From the NCBI GenBank assembly GCA_003427395.1, contig BFEA01000021.1, positions 2,036,047-2,100,046 on the forward strand: a stretch of 64,000 bases of DNA. Direction: 5' to 3'. Made by a program: the position numbers and the translations under genes. The notes beneath the pieces were generated by a model, which was not told where the DNA came from, did no database searches, and saw only the letters and a program-made list of their open reading frames with translations. This DNA comes from Chara braunii (Eukaryota; Plantae; Charophyceae). Positions 62,129-64,000 of this stretch are shown here, one piece after another. The first letter of the stretch is position 1. Each line of letters opens with the position of its first letter.

Positions 62129-63660
62129 ATCACACATGGCCACAACCCCTCCTCCCCGCCGAGGGCAATCCTCATCACCCACAAGCGAGCGCTCCTCCGA
62201 TTCGCCGCAAGAACCCTGGCCCTCCTCAAGCTCCCCGCAGCGAGTTACAACCTCCTTAATACCGGAAGTGGCTGAAATACAATCGTCGTCAGCTTCATAC
62301 GAACGATCCTGCGACGTGGCACAAAGCACCTGCCCCTCCTCAGGCCCCACGCAGCAACGCCATTTCACATCATCACGCCTTGTATTCACATACAGCCCCT
62401 CCCAGAGCTCAACGAAGATTCCCCTCACTTTCCCTANNNNNNNNNNNNNNNNNNNNNNNNNNNNNNNNNNNNNNNNNNNNNNNNNNNNNNNNNNNNNNNN
62501 NNNNNNNNNNNNNNNNNNNNNNNNNNNNNNNNNNNNNNNNNNNNNNNNNNNNNNNNNNNNNNNNNNNNNNNNNNNNNNNNNNNNNNNNNNNNNNNNNNNN
62601 NNNNNNNNNNNNNNNNNNNNNNNNNNNNNNNNNNNNNNNNNNNNNNNNNNNNNNNNNNNNNNNNNNNNNNNNNNNNNNNNNNNNNNNNNNNNNNNNNNNN
62701 NNNNNNNNNNNNNNNNNNNNNNNNNNNNNNNNNNNNNNNNNNNNNNNNNNNNNNNNNNNNNNNNNNNNNNNNNNNNNNNNNNNNNNNNNNNNNNNNNNNN
62801 NNNNNNNNNNNNNNNNNNNNNNNNNNNNNNNNNNNNNNNNNNNNNNNNNNNNNNNNNNNNNNNNNNNNNNNNNNNNNNNNNNNNNNNNNNNNNNNNNNNN
62901 NNNNNNNNNNNNNNNNNNNNNNNNNNNNNNNNNNNNNNNNNNNNNNNNNNNNNNNNNNNNNNNNNNNNNNNNNNNNNNNNNNNNNNNNNNNNNNNNNCCA
63001 ACCGCTGAAAAGGGAGATTTGCATGGAGCTCCTCCTCCCATCCGCTGAACAACTCCTCACCCTCCTCCAGAAGTTCCGCTGGTAGATTGTGTCGATGTTG
63101 AATCAGCACGGCATAGATGTCGTCCATTTGTCGCTTATACATCCGCACCATCTCCAGCGCAGCTCCCTCCTCTTCAAGCAAGGCGACAGCCCCAGCGTCC
63201 TGCATGGTCGCCGCGTCCATCGCCATCATTGTTGCCGTTGTAGTCATGGTTGTCACCACATCCCAGATGTCTGCAAGAGTACCCACCCCTCGTGACAACC
63301 AAGCATCCCCAAAGGCTCCGACCCCAAAGCAGGGGAACGGGGTGCCTTGCAGGGATCAGACGTACGGGTTGTCAAAAAGCGGTTGGGTGAGCAGTCTTTC
63401 TGCAGACTTATCTGGCTGTTTCATATGCGGTATGCAATTTTTCCATGCTGCCAAAACTCCACCCCACAATCCTTGTAGGAATTTCTTCCTTGAGTAGGTC
63501 GGTGTTAGAATTGCCAACCACAGGTAACGGCAGTCTTCCCAGCCCCAATGGTTTCACAAAATAAGTTCTGCCAATTGTCTCCATGCAGGAGACGGCCCTT
63601 CAAGGATGGCCCAGATTATCCATCTAACCAACAGTGCTCCAATTTGTCTTTCGGGATTGC
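58741..63660 (-). mobile_element. LINE D: 5'-truncated copy interrupted by element E
   Basis: Poly(A) 58741-58761; ORF2 C-terminus 59302-60492 (CELC..HFCLFC); upstream part 63245-63660 (LLVRW..QPLFDNPYV..GVGTLADIWD) continues into DWKPQEQL. Confidence 0.88.
60493..63241 (-). mobile_element. Element E: poly(A)-tailed non-autonomous insert with LINE-type 3' motif and unrelated cargo
   Basis: Poly(A) 60493-60511; short TSD AGTC at 60489-60492 and 63242-63245; double motif 60796-60848; ~117-bp tandem repeats 60970-61320; acidic/Asn-rich open frames; includes a gap. Confidence 0.7.
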
Positions 63661-64000
63661 ACATTGGGTGAGTGTGCTGAGTGGCAAGGACTGAGTCGTC
63701 ATCATCCCCGCCCATGAGCGTGACAGCATGCCCTTCTGTTCTTTCTTTTTTCTCTGTTTTTTGGGTTTTTATTTTTTGGGGGAAACTGTGGCTGTGACAC
63801 ACTTTTAGTTTGAAATAGGCAAGAAAAGACAAAGTGGTGCCGGTGTCATGGTGTGAGCTTCATTTTTTTTTCTTTGGCTTTCCTCACTTGTGCAAGGAAC
63901 ATGACTATGGACGAAGCACAGAAATCCAGAATGCAAAATCACACTGAAGTCCAAGTAGTCAAAGCCAAAGCAGATAGCACATGGAACCGAGTAACCATCC

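Noticed and set aside
61718-63298. 526-aa ORF as a single gene
   Set aside because: Spans an N gap and starts in LINE D sequence before entering element E

Overview
Repeat-dense eukaryotic DNA with no confidently identifiable host protein-coding gene. The plant-type U2 snRNA, chromovirus and Tourist-like MITEs suggest a green-plant/streptophyte genome (a Chara-like alga is plausible but unverified). Most of the window is nested retroelements. A U2 snRNA pseudogene (minus strand) is split into three pieces across ~17.5 kb: it is interrupted by a Harbinger-type element and by a tiny poly(A) insert that contains a Ty3/Gypsy chromovirus (17006-33361, TSD GATCG), which in turn contains a 10.2-kb L1/Tx1-like LINE. 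Four more LINE copies, a solo LTR and a non-autonomous cargo-carrying poly(A) element follow. The first 16 kb holds MITEs, microsatellites and a tandem tRNA-like repeat. Main candidates for novelty: (1) a covarying single or tandem H-type pseudoknot shared by the 3' ends of divergent LINEs and non-autonomous passengers; (2) very long ORF1 regions ending in a shared Nudix-like but apparently non-catalytic domain in three divergent LINEs; (3) a ~295-bp tandem repeat combining a tRNA-like head with a degenerate hammerhead-like core. Three Nextera mate-pair adapters and three N gaps are assembly artefacts. All alignments and structures were judged by eye.
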